Shown here: piece by piece, positions 10,607-18,643 of the stretch | Position numbering within the stretch: position 1 is the stretch's first letter | How the letters are laid out: every line of letters begins with the position of its first letter | The notes under the pieces: generated by a model | The model's input: the letters and a program-made list of their open reading frames with translations, nothing else | Told to the model about the DNA's origin: nothing | The model's database searches: none | From: Spirochaetales bacterium | GTDB taxonomy: Bacteria; Spirochaetota; Spirochaetia; JAIPGG01 | Direction: 5' to 3' | Length of the DNA stretch: 64,000 bases | Assembly: GCA_021736255.1 (NCBI GenBank) | Contig: JAIPGG010000003.1 | Location: 7,792 to 71,791, forward strand | Program-made: the position numbers and the translations under genes

Positions 10607-11916
10607 TCATAACGCATAACATCCTTCGGATGGATTACCGCAACTGCCCGCGAAGCGGCAAAAGCGGCAAGTACCGAGGCCGCAACAGCTGCTAGAAAAA
10701 TTCCAGCGACTTCCCCCGGAAGCAGCCGGATCGGGACATCCGTTAAATAAAAGTATTGAGGGGAAAAAATAGTAAAAATCTCCTGTTCCGTGCCGTCCAT
10801 AAGCGGCCCTGACAGGATTACCAGTACCCGCTGAAAGCTGTTTACAAGCCCTTCCGCAAAGCGGAACAGGGCATTCACATTAATACTTACCAGAAAACCG
10901 AGTATAACTCCCAGAAGCCCTCCACCGAGACCGATCATCAGGCCCTCCGCTACAAAGATCGAGCGGATCGTCAGAGGAGGCGCGCCGAAGGTTTTCAGTG
11001 CCCCAATTTCTTCGGTGCGTTCAATAACCGAGCGCTTCAATGAATGATAACTGTTTACTCCCACGACCAAGAAGATCAGTCCCAGCAGTACAGTCATCAA
11101 CAGTTTTTCCATTCTGAGTGCGCTGAAGAAAGCCTGATTGAACGAGCGCCAGCTCTCGACCTTTGCAGCGGGAAGCAGCGTCCGGATCCTTTCTGCAACT
11201 CGCGAGTCCTGGAATCTATTTTTCAACTTGACTCCGTAGATTACCGATTCCGAATCGATTCCTTCGGCCTGCACCGCCTCGAGCGGCATGAACGCCCAGC
11301 CGAGGTCGAAATCATAGTATCCACTCCGAAAGATTCCTCCGACGGTGAGTTTTCGTTGTTCTCCCTGTGGTTGCGTTTTATTCATCCCGGAAAGAAAAAA
11401 GATCGAAACCTGATCACCTACCACGAGATTCAGATTCTGCGAAAGTTCAGCCCCAATGAGTACCGGCGGGGGGCCTTCTCCGGGAGTATACGAATCAAAA
11501 TAGCTGCCCGCTTTCAGTTCGAGGTGCTCGCTAAACCCGGAATCTCGTTGAAACGCAGATTTCGGAACAGCCCGGATCAAGCAGCCACGAGGCTGAGAGA
11601 CCTCATTCGATACCATGGCCTGGAGTTCTATAAAGGGCACGACTGCTTCGACGCCTTCCACATCCTCAGTAAGTTCTATGAGTTTCGATTCCGAGAGCGT
11701 GGTAGGGTTGTGCAGTTGCAGATGATAGGAGCTTATCTCGAGTATATCCCCGATAAAACCCTGTTGAAATCCATTCATGACTGCAAGCACAGATATAAGA
11801 GCCATCACACCTACGGCAATTCCACCGGTCGACACGATGGTCGAGGCATATCCCTTTTCTTTACGACGGGTTTTGAAATACCTCGCTGCTACCAGGATTA
11901 TCCAGGACCCCTTCAT
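10603..11916 (-). CDS. ABC transporter permease, FtsX/LolC-LolE family
   Basis: 437 aa with the same architecture as 8610-9920. It overlaps both neighbouring genes by 4 nt. Confidence 0.75.
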   Translation of the reverse strand: MKGSWIILVAARYFKTRRKEKGYASTIVSTGGIAVGVMALISVLAVMNGFQQGFIGDILEISSYHLQLHNPTTLSESKLIELTEDVEGVEAVVPFIELQAMVSNEVSQPRGCLIRAVPKSAFQRDSGFSEHLELKAGSYFDSYTPGEGPPPVLIGAELSQNLNLVVGDQVSIFFLSGMNKTQPQGEQRKLTVGGIFRSGYYDFDLGWAFMPLEAVQAEGIDSESVIYGVKLKNRFQDSRVAERIRTLLPAAKVESWRSFNQAFFSALRMEKLLMTVLLGLIFLVVGVNSYHSLKRSVIERTEEIGALKTFGAPPLTIRSIFVAEGLMIGLGGGLLGVILGFLVSINVNALFRFAEGLVNSFQRVLVILSGPLMDGTEQEIFTIFSPQYFYLTDVPIRLLPGEVAGIFLAAVAASVLAAFAASRAVAVIHPKDVMRYE

Positions 11917-13088
11917 TCCCGGCCTTCCCTATCCGTACCGAAATAATCTGTTCTTACAACGGCGCCGTTCCGGATAATTTCCACCTTTTCCTTTTGCTCG
12001 TTTTGATAGGTTACAATCAGAGAGAGATTCCCCTCACGGTACAGGCGTTCCACAACCCGGCCGGCATCTGCATACTCCCGTTCTTTTACAAGACGGCCGT
12101 TTCTGTAATAAGCATCATAGCTCTTTTCCGCATCATCATTATATCTATAGACATATCGTTCGCGTAATCCCGGTGTCCGCACCCGTTTTTCGGTCAACAG
12201 AGCTTTATCTTGCCCATCATAGGCACTCACCACCTCTTTTACCAAAATGCCCTCTTCGTACAACCGGTTCAGAACCTCTTCTCCGGATTTATTGTAACGT
12301 ATTTCCCGGCGGTGCGGGTAGGATTCGCTGTCGGCTTTGAAGGGCGGCCCTGCGTCCCCTTCCGGATACACAAGGATTTCTTCTATGAGCGACCTTCCCC
12401 GATAATGTTGAAAAGAGAGCTCGGAAAGCCGGCCCCCTCGATAGGTTCTGCGTTCCACCGGTAAACCGCCGGGAGAGTAGCGGTATTCATACTCCGCTTC
12501 GCCCCGCCGGTGATATTCGGAAATTTGTCCTGCCGAACCAAAGCGATAGGATGAAACCCTTTCGGGAACAGGAGACGGTTTATCGGGTTCCGAACGAGCG
12601 GTGCGGATCAACCGGCCCTCGGTGGTTGTTAAAAAGTTGTCGACGTATTGCAGCTGCTCCCCTTTGGAATAGGACTCGATCTTCTCGAGCCTTCCCTCTA
12701 CATAGCGGTACCGCAAAAGTTCCTCGAAGGTTTCCTCTCGATACAATGATACCGAATCGATTCGCCCGTCGGAACGGAACTCAGTTATACGCCGCTGGTT
12801 ATCCTGTACGACTGTTTCAGAAACCAATCTGCCGGCGGTACGGATCCTTAGTGTCCGCTTGATCTCTTCCCCTTTTTCCAGAAGACGGGTCTCTTCCTCA
12901 CGCGGATCATCGGAAACAGCGAGAACATAATCATATTCTCCGCGGTTTTCCGGCGGAATTTCCTGAATTCTGCTTCCCACACTGTTGGATTGATAGTAGC
13001 GGATCGTCTGGGATTCGAGCGGTAGAAGGACGGCAAGAAACATCAGGGAGAAAATCGTCGAAAAAAGCGGTAAACCCGCCGGTCTCAT
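11913..13088 (-). CDS. secreted repeat protein (MORN-variant / YwqK-like repeats)
   Basis: The signal-like N-terminus MRPAGLPLFSTIFSLMFLAVLLP begins at the ATG at 13088, right after the ftsY stop. The body has repeated Y-R-Y/G-R-L/E-x-x-Y units. The longer ORF-track start at 13238 would overlap ftsY. Confidence 0.5.
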   Translation of the reverse strand: MRPAGLPLFSTIFSLMFLAVLLPLESQTIRYYQSNSVGSRIQEIPPENRGEYDYVLAVSDDPREEETRLLEKGEEIKRTLRIRTAGRLVSETVVQDNQRRITEFRSDGRIDSVSLYREETFEELLRYRYVEGRLEKIESYSKGEQLQYVDNFLTTTEGRLIRTARSEPDKPSPVPERVSSYRFGSAGQISEYHRRGEAEYEYRYSPGGLPVERRTYRGGRLSELSFQHYRGRSLIEEILVYPEGDAGPPFKADSESYPHRREIRYNKSGEEVLNRLYEEGILVKEVVSAYDGQDKALLTEKRVRTPGLRERYVYRYNDDAEKSYDAYYRNGRLVKEREYADAGRVVERLYREGNLSLIVTYQNEQKEKVEIIRNGAVVRTDYFGTDREGRE

Positions 13089-13089
13089 C

Positions 13090-13965
13090 TCAAGAGCCTC
13101 CGAGCAGCTCGCTGATGTAAGCTTCTTTGCGAAACGGTTGAATCGAAGAATACTCCTCGCCGATGCCGAGAAACGAAACGGGAATTCCAAGACGGTCGGA
13201 CAGGGTAACTGCGAGCCCTCCCTTCGCGGTAGAATCATATTTGGCCAGAATTACTGAATCGATCCCCACCGCATCTCTAAAAGTCTCAGCCTGTTGTATC
13301 CCGTTTTGTCCCGTTGTAGCGTCGAGCACCAACAGCTTGCGGTAGGTTCCGCCGTTCATTCTGCTCTCGACCACCTTGTTTATCTTCTCAAGTTCCCGCA
13401 CGAGATTTTTTCTGGTATGCATTCTGCCGGCGGTATCGGAAATTACAACCGATTGTCCCCGGCTTCGAGCACTCTCGATACCATCATAGATTACCGCTGC
13501 CGGATCTGAGCCCTGATTTTGCCGTACCACCCGAAGGCCGAGCCGGTCCCCATGCAGGACAAGTTGTTCTATTGCTGCGGCCCGGTAGGTATCTCCGGCA
13601 ATCAGAACCGGTTCCCCGGTTCCGGCGTGCTCTCGAAAATAGTCGGCCAGCTTGGCTATACTCGTGGTTTTGCCGACCCCGTTTACACCGAGGATCAAAT
13701 AGAAGGTAAAATCATCCGGGTCCGGCATTTCCCGGGTTTGCAGGATTATATTATCGAGAATTTCTCCCAATACTTCCAGAAGGTCTTCCTGTTGTTCGAT
13801 CTTATTTGCACGACTCTCTTCTTTTAGCCGTTCTACCAGCCTTACAGCAGTCGCCGGCCCGATATCCGCCTCGATAAGCAGATCTTCGATTTCCTCGAAC
13901 CAGGACTGGTCGAGATTCTTTTTTGTAAACAGGCGCCGCAGACCGGCACCGAGCCCCTTTTTCAT
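13090..13965 (-). CDS. ftsY: signal recognition particle receptor FtsY (short form, NG domain only)
   Basis: SRP GTPase motifs GVNGVGKTTSIAKLA, DTAGR and TKYD-like AKYDSTAKGG. Confidence 0.9.
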   Translation of the reverse strand: MKKGLGAGLRRLFTKKNLDQSWFEEIEDLLIEADIGPATAVRLVERLKEESRANKIEQQEDLLEVLGEILDNIILQTREMPDPDDFTFYLILGVNGVGKTTSIAKLADYFREHAGTGEPVLIAGDTYRAAAIEQLVLHGDRLGLRVVRQNQGSDPAAVIYDGIESARSRGQSVVISDTAGRMHTRKNLVRELEKINKVVESRMNGGTYRKLLVLDATTGQNGIQQAETFRDAVGIDSVILAKYDSTAKGGLAVTLSDRLGIPVSFLGIGEEYSSIQPFRKEAYISELLGGS

Positions 13966-13983
13966 TCCGGATGTCCCCTTGAT

Positions 13984-15471
13984 TCAGCGATAGGATTCTG
14001 AAGTTTCGATATAATGAAATAAATCGACGATAGTCCGGGCAAAGAGAGAAACATTGACGAATATGCTTCCCCAATACGCGTAGTAGTATACTGTTGCGCC
14101 GCTCCTTCTTTTGTCAAGTTCGTTGATGTCTCCTGCCGTTTCAGCTTGAATGTATCCGATATACTCATTCTGATAGAGTCCGTAGAGACCGATCGATACC
14201 GGCAAACTGATTAGAAAAGCACCGAAAGAACGATAAAAACTGTCCTTCTGAGCCCTGATCAGGTCTTCCTCGTCTATCACATCGGGAACAAGCCGGATGT
14301 CGAAGGAATTATCTTCCATCGACGGACTCTTAAGCTGGTCCCCGAAAAACCTTTGCTGGGTTTTGTAGCCTTCCTTCTGAATCTGAAGCCTTCCTGAACC
14401 CACATCAATTCTTTGAAAAAGCGGAGTCGTACCCAGCCTCATCCCGTCGAGATACACCTCCGCATTGGAAGGCGTGCTGGTTACAGCAATCTGTTCTCTG
14501 GTAACCGGATCCAGCTCGACCTCGACTTGGTTTGTCGCATCAGCTGTCACCTTTTCCCTGATCGAACGGCTGGTATATCCCTCCATTCGTACCGTTACCT
14601 GGTGTTCGCCGGGTCTGAGAAACCGAACCAGGCTTTCTCCTCTTCCGGAAAACGAACCATCTACATAGATTTGCGATCCCGGGGGACTCGCTGCTACTTG
14701 AAGGTTTCCCCACTTCCCTCCCATGAGTTTTGAGGCGGCCTCTTCGAGAGCCCGGTCGATCAATTCACCGAACTGCTCCCGGGGAGCTACATCACGCAGA
14801 AGCAGGGCTTTTCGGTCCAGCAATTTATTGTAACCGAAAATTTCTACAAAAAAATAGGTATCCAGCTGTTCCACACTTCCCCAAAAGACGTAGTCGAGGT
14901 CTTGCCTGCGACAGGTCAGTTCCGGATTCTGAACAGGATCAAATAGCAGGTCCGTGTCTCCAGCCTGCACTACCGTTATCTCCTTAGAAGGCAGCACCGG
15001 TATCTCTGCAATTCGCATAGCCTGATAGAAATCCACCGCCTGTTTTGCTTTTTTGATTTTCGGGGGATACTCGGAGGGGCTCCACGGATACGATTTGTCC
15101 GGGCCTTCGGTGAAAAGGGTATCGTCCCGCTCTGTAATTATTTGATCGAGTTTGAGCCTCCGCTTACGCACCAGTTCATCGCGAATCCGACGGCGATAGG
15201 CGGTTTTCTCCTCATCACCGAGCCGGTGTATATGAAAATCTGAAATCGCCTCATACAGCAGGAGCGGCAGAGTTGTTGAAGCATGGTGGTTTTCTTTTTT
15301 GAGATTTGCTCCGGAGAATTCCGCTACTCCCACCCGCCACTCGGTTTTGTTGTCTTCCGGAAGCGGATAAGGTGGTTCGGCTGCTGTAAGAAGAGCCGCG
15401 GGTATTGTTACTAATCCGGCAAACAGCATAAGAAGTATCAAAAATTTGCTGCATCGGTTTCGCTCGGTCAT
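13984..15471 (-). CDS. PEGA domain-containing membrane protein
   Basis: N-terminal signal/TM, two PEGA-like modules (ASPPGSQIYVDG.., STPSNAEVYLDGMRLGTTP) and C-terminal TM segments. Confidence 0.6.
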   Translation of the reverse strand: MTERNRCSKFLILLMLFAGLVTIPAALLTAAEPPYPLPEDNKTEWRVGVAEFSGANLKKENHHASTTLPLLLYEAISDFHIHRLGDEEKTAYRRRIRDELVRKRRLKLDQIITERDDTLFTEGPDKSYPWSPSEYPPKIKKAKQAVDFYQAMRIAEIPVLPSKEITVVQAGDTDLLFDPVQNPELTCRRQDLDYVFWGSVEQLDTYFFVEIFGYNKLLDRKALLLRDVAPREQFGELIDRALEEAASKLMGGKWGNLQVAASPPGSQIYVDGSFSGRGESLVRFLRPGEHQVTVRMEGYTSRSIREKVTADATNQVEVELDPVTREQIAVTSTPSNAEVYLDGMRLGTTPLFQRIDVGSGRLQIQKEGYKTQQRFFGDQLKSPSMEDNSFDIRLVPDVIDEEDLIRAQKDSFYRSFGAFLISLPVSIGLYGLYQNEYIGYIQAETAGDINELDKRRSGATVYYYAYWGSIFVNVSLFARTIVDLFHYIETSESYR

Positions 15472-15484
15472 TTCTTCGGTGCAC

Positions 15485-15850
15485 TCACGCCTCGAGTGCT
15501 TTTCTCGTCGCCGAGATCAATCGTTCGGGACGAAAGGGTTTGACTACAAAATCTCGGGCGCCAAGTTGGATGGCCTTGATAATCATGCTCTGTTCCCCGA
15601 GAGCCGAACACATTACCACACTCGCCTGGGGATCCAGACGAAGGATCCGTTGCATTGCCTCAATCCCGTTCATAACCGGCATACTGATATCGAGGAGGAC
15701 CGCATCGGGTTTCAACCGCTGATAAAGGCGCACCCCCTCGGCCCCGTTCTCGGCCTCTCCGATAATCCGAAAACCGGCCTCTACCAAAGAGTCCCGGATT
15801 ACCTGCCGCATAAAGGCAAGGTCGTCTACTATCAGTATGCCCGCTTCCAT
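15485..15850 (-). CDS. single-domain response regulator (CheY-like)
   Basis: Receiver motifs ILIVDD, LLDISMP and VVKPF. The ATG at 15850 shares one nucleotide with the prfB TAA (TAATG). Confidence 0.85.
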   Translation of the reverse strand: MEAGILIVDDLAFMRQVIRDSLVEAGFRIIGEAENGAEGVRLYQRLKPDAVLLDISMPVMNGIEAMQRILRLDPQASVVMCSALGEQSMIIKAIQLGARDFVVKPFRPERLISATRKALEA

Positions 15851-16954
15851 TAACTCGCTTCCGCCCATGTAAAACGAAGATATTCTTCAATAAACCCATC
15901 CAGATCCCCGTCCATAACCGCCTGAATATTACCGGTTTCCCGCTTTGTCCGATGGTCCTTTACCATTGTATAGGGGTGGAATACGTAGGACCGAATCTGA
16001 TTCCCCCAGGCAATATCCTTTTTTTCCTGAGCATGTTTTGCTCGTTCTTTTTCCTGGGCTTTCTGATAGAACTCAAAGAGCCGCGACCGAAGAACTTTCA
16101 TCGCCGTTGCCTTGTTCTTGTGTTGGCTTCTTTCGGATTGACACTGTACCACCAAACCGCTGGGAAAATGGGTTATTCGTACCGCCGAGTCCGTTTTGTT
16201 GACATGCTGACCACCGGCACCCTGGGCCCTGTAGGTATCCACCCGGATATCATCCGCTTTTATATCTACATCAATAGCATCATCTATAACCGGAGATACA
16301 TAAACAGATGCAAAAGAGGTGTGCCTTCTGCTCGATGAATCGAATGGAGAAATCCTGACCAAACGGTGGATACCGCTTTCGGCTTTGAGATAGCCGTAAG
16401 CGTAATCCCCGTCCACCTGCAGGGTAACAGATTTCAACCCTCCCTCAGCCTCGGTCATATCGATAATCTGCATTCGGTATCCGTGGCGTTCGATCCAGCG
16501 GGAGTACATTCGGTAGAGCATCTGAGCCCAGTCGCACGCCTCTGTTCCACCGGCGCCGGCATGGACGGTTAGAAAGGCTGCGTTCACATCATATTTGCCG
16601 CTGAGAAGCTCAAAAAGCCTTAAGCGTTCGTATTCGGCCTTGAGCTCTTCCAGCTGTGAGGAAATTTCCCCTTCGAAGGATTCGTCCCCCTCGCTCATAG
16701 CGAGTTCATGTAAATCAGCAAGATCCTTGCCCCTGGCAACCAGATCTTCCCACGGTTCGAGACGGTTTTGCAGGAATTTAAGTCTCGAAAGGGTTTTCTC
16801 AGCCTTCTCTCGATCATTCCAGAAATCGGGATTTGAAGTCTTTGTTTCCAGTTCCTGTATTTCACTCCTGATCATATCAGGGTCAAAGATGCCTCCAGGT
16901 TTCGAGAATGGACTGATACAGGTCATATACGGGTTGCTTAAGATCGGTAATCAT
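15850..16954 (-). CDS. prfB: peptide chain release factor 2, expressed through a programmed +1 frameshift
   Basis: The main ORF carries SPF-type and GGQ motifs (RAQGAGGQHVNKTDSAVR). A short upstream frame, MITDLKQPVYDLYQSILETWRHL, starts at the ATG at 16954 (SD AGGAGG) and ends at the CTT TGA C shift site. Confidence 0.9.
16882..16888 (-). promoter_or_regulatory. RF2 autoregulatory +1 frameshift site CTT TGA C
   Basis: Reading the minus strand gives TGG AGG CAT CTT TGA C. The in-frame TGA is at 16885-16883 and a GGAGG-like internal SD sits 3 nt upstream. Shifting +1 yields DPDMIRSE, which continues the RF2 ORF. Confidence 0.85.
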
Positions 16955-16976
16955 CCGGACCTCCTAATATTTTCCG

Positions 16977-17249
16977 TCAGGATTTGAGCAGGGTTCTTGC
17001 CCACTTGTTTTTTTTCAATTCAGTGATAACCAGTGTATTTTCAACCGGATATTGATAAAAACGAATGATATCGTAGAAATCGGTTGCCTTGTCAAGATCG
17101 CGCTTTAGCCGCAACAGGCTCTTTTCTCCTATCCGGGCTGATTCAAATACGTTCGCCAGTACCGGTTTGAAATGATACTGCAGAAGAATATGGGCAACCT
17201 CCTTCCGCGTATCTTCTCCGGATAGATCACAGGCAACGGATACAAACAT
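16977..17249 (-). CDS. small Cas2-like (ferredoxin-fold) protein, orphan
   Basis: From the ATG at 17249 the sequence reads MFVSVACDL..RKEVAHILLQYHFKPVLANVFES..LLRLKRDLDKA..DIIRFYQYP. This matches the Cas2 beta-alpha-beta-beta-alpha-beta pattern, including the Asp at position 8. It was recognised by eye only. Confidence 0.4.
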   Translation of the reverse strand: MFVSVACDLSGEDTRKEVAHILLQYHFKPVLANVFESARIGEKSLLRLKRDLDKATDFYDIIRFYQYPVENTLVITELKKNKWARTLLKS

Positions 17250-17331
17250 ACCGCTAGTGTACCGAGTCGGGCTGTGGCTTGTCAAACAGAAACGAAAATA
17301 CTACTGTTTCTTTTGGAAGGGGTCGCCGATT

Positions 17332-18621
17332 ATGATAATGATGGGTTTTCGAAAAATTGCTTTTCCTGCTCTCCTTTCTCTTCTCCTTTTAAGCGGCGGA
17401 ATCTTCGCACCGCATGCGGCCGCTCAAATGCAGGACCAGGTCTTTGCCCCCTTTGTCTCCCGGCTCAGGGCTGTTCCGGTCGATTCGAGCATCAAGATTA
17501 CCTGGAAAGATTCGAGAGACATCAGCAGCGGTGAATACCTGGTCTATCGACACAGCAAACAGATTACAAACAAGAACTTTGAGGAAGCAAGCCTTCTCGC
17601 CGTGATAGAACCGGGAGAAGAACTGTATGTCGATAAGCCGCTGGACGAGAGCTCTTACTTTTACCTGGTCCTGGCACGTTCAGCCTCCGGACGACTCTTT
17701 AAACTCTTTATCCCCTACCGTAACACAACCGTCGACGGGGTAGCCGCGAGTTTACCGAAATCTGAAGCGGAACTCGCCGCAAAGATCAGCGATATATCCG
17801 CCGCAAAACAGGGTGAAGAGGTGCAAATCTCTTTTACTACATCTGCGGACGATCGGCAGCTTGTTCTTTACAGAAGCGAATCTCCCATTACCTCGAGCCG
17901 CGATCTGCTGAGTGCGGTGCTTATACGGCGTTTTTCCAGTTCCAGAAACACAATAACCGATTTCCCCATTCCCGGGGTTCCCTACTACTATGCAGTCCTC
18001 GATGCCAAGCTCGTTCAAAGAGGGATTACCGAGATAGATTCCGGCCGGAACGCTACAATCCGGGGTGTCCGTATTCCGCTTTCCACCGACCGTGTCGGCC
18101 TGCCGGAATACGAAAATATGCGGCCGATCCCTCTGCCCCAGATTCAGCTGACGCGAGAACTCGAAAGCGGCAGCCGGCTCGAAGACGGCCGGAGCATTCT
18201 GCCGTTGAACAAACAGGAGCTCGACCCGGAAACCGCCAAGGCTGTAGCCCGGGTGCTCGAAACGATCTCTCTGAAAAAGCCGAGGGCCCCCGAACCGGTA
18301 CTCCTTCCCGAAGACCGGGGCGAAAGCCCTGCAGGGGATGCATATACTCTTCAGCGGATTCTAAAAAGCTCCTTTGAGAAGCGGGACTGGGAATCGGTAA
18401 AGGATTCCCTCTATACCTTTTTGAGCCTGAACAGACAAACGAAGATCGAGGCCCGCGCTCGTTTTTATCTGGGTCAGGCACTCTTTTTCCTCGGGGAATA
18501 CCGTCCGGCAGCTATGGAACTTCTACTCGCACGAAAAAACTACTATGTGGAAACTGAACAATGGCTTGATGCCGTTATCAGAGCCCTGTCCGAAGAGGCT
18601 TCTTCCCGCCGAGAATCATAA
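17332..18621 (+). CDS. secreted protein with two FN3-like modules and a C-terminal TPR-like region
   Basis: Signal peptide MIMMGFRKIAFPALLSLLLLSGGIFAPHAAAQ. There are two similar modules (IKITWKDS..YLVYRH..YFYLVLA and VQISFTTS..LVLYRS..YYYAVLD) and a C-terminal ARFYLGQALFFLGEY. Confidence 0.5.
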   Translation: MIMMGFRKIAFPALLSLLLLSGGIFAPHAAAQMQDQVFAPFVSRLRAVPVDSSIKITWKDSRDISSGEYLVYRHSKQITNKNFEEASLLAVIEPGEELYVDKPLDESSYFYLVLARSASGRLFKLFIPYRNTTVDGVAASLPKSEAELAAKISDISAAKQGEEVQISFTTSADDRQLVLYRSESPITSSRDLLSAVLIRRFSSSRNTITDFPIPGVPYYYAVLDAKLVQRGITEIDSGRNATIRGVRIPLSTDRVGLPEYENMRPIPLPQIQLTRELESGSRLEDGRSILPLNKQELDPETAKAVARVLETISLKKPRAPEPVLLPEDRGESPAGDAYTLQRILKSSFEKRDWESVKDSLYTFLSLNRQTKIEARARFYLGQALFFLGEYRPAAMELLLARKNYYVETEQWLDAVIRALSEEASSRRES

Positions 18622-18643
18622 ACATCTACCGGCCAACAGGTAT

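Noticed and set aside
13089-13238. Long N-terminal extensions in the ORF track that overlap upstream genes. Other cases are 24385-24480 (rnfD), 27747-27977 (DUF212), 37287-37436 (hisS), 39637-39792 (M28), 59024-59125 (OMP) and 35622-35681 (MinD-like).
   Set aside because: These are artefacts of longest-ORF calling. In each case an internal ATG directly precedes a signal peptide or the first conserved motif and removes the overlap.
16955-17331. I searched around the Cas2-like gene for CRISPR repeats, a leader or cas1.
   Set aside because: There are no regularly spaced direct repeats here or anywhere else in the window. The only local structure is a 6-bp inverted repeat, AGAAAC-N12-GTTTCT, in the divergent promoter gap, so no CRISPR array is reported.
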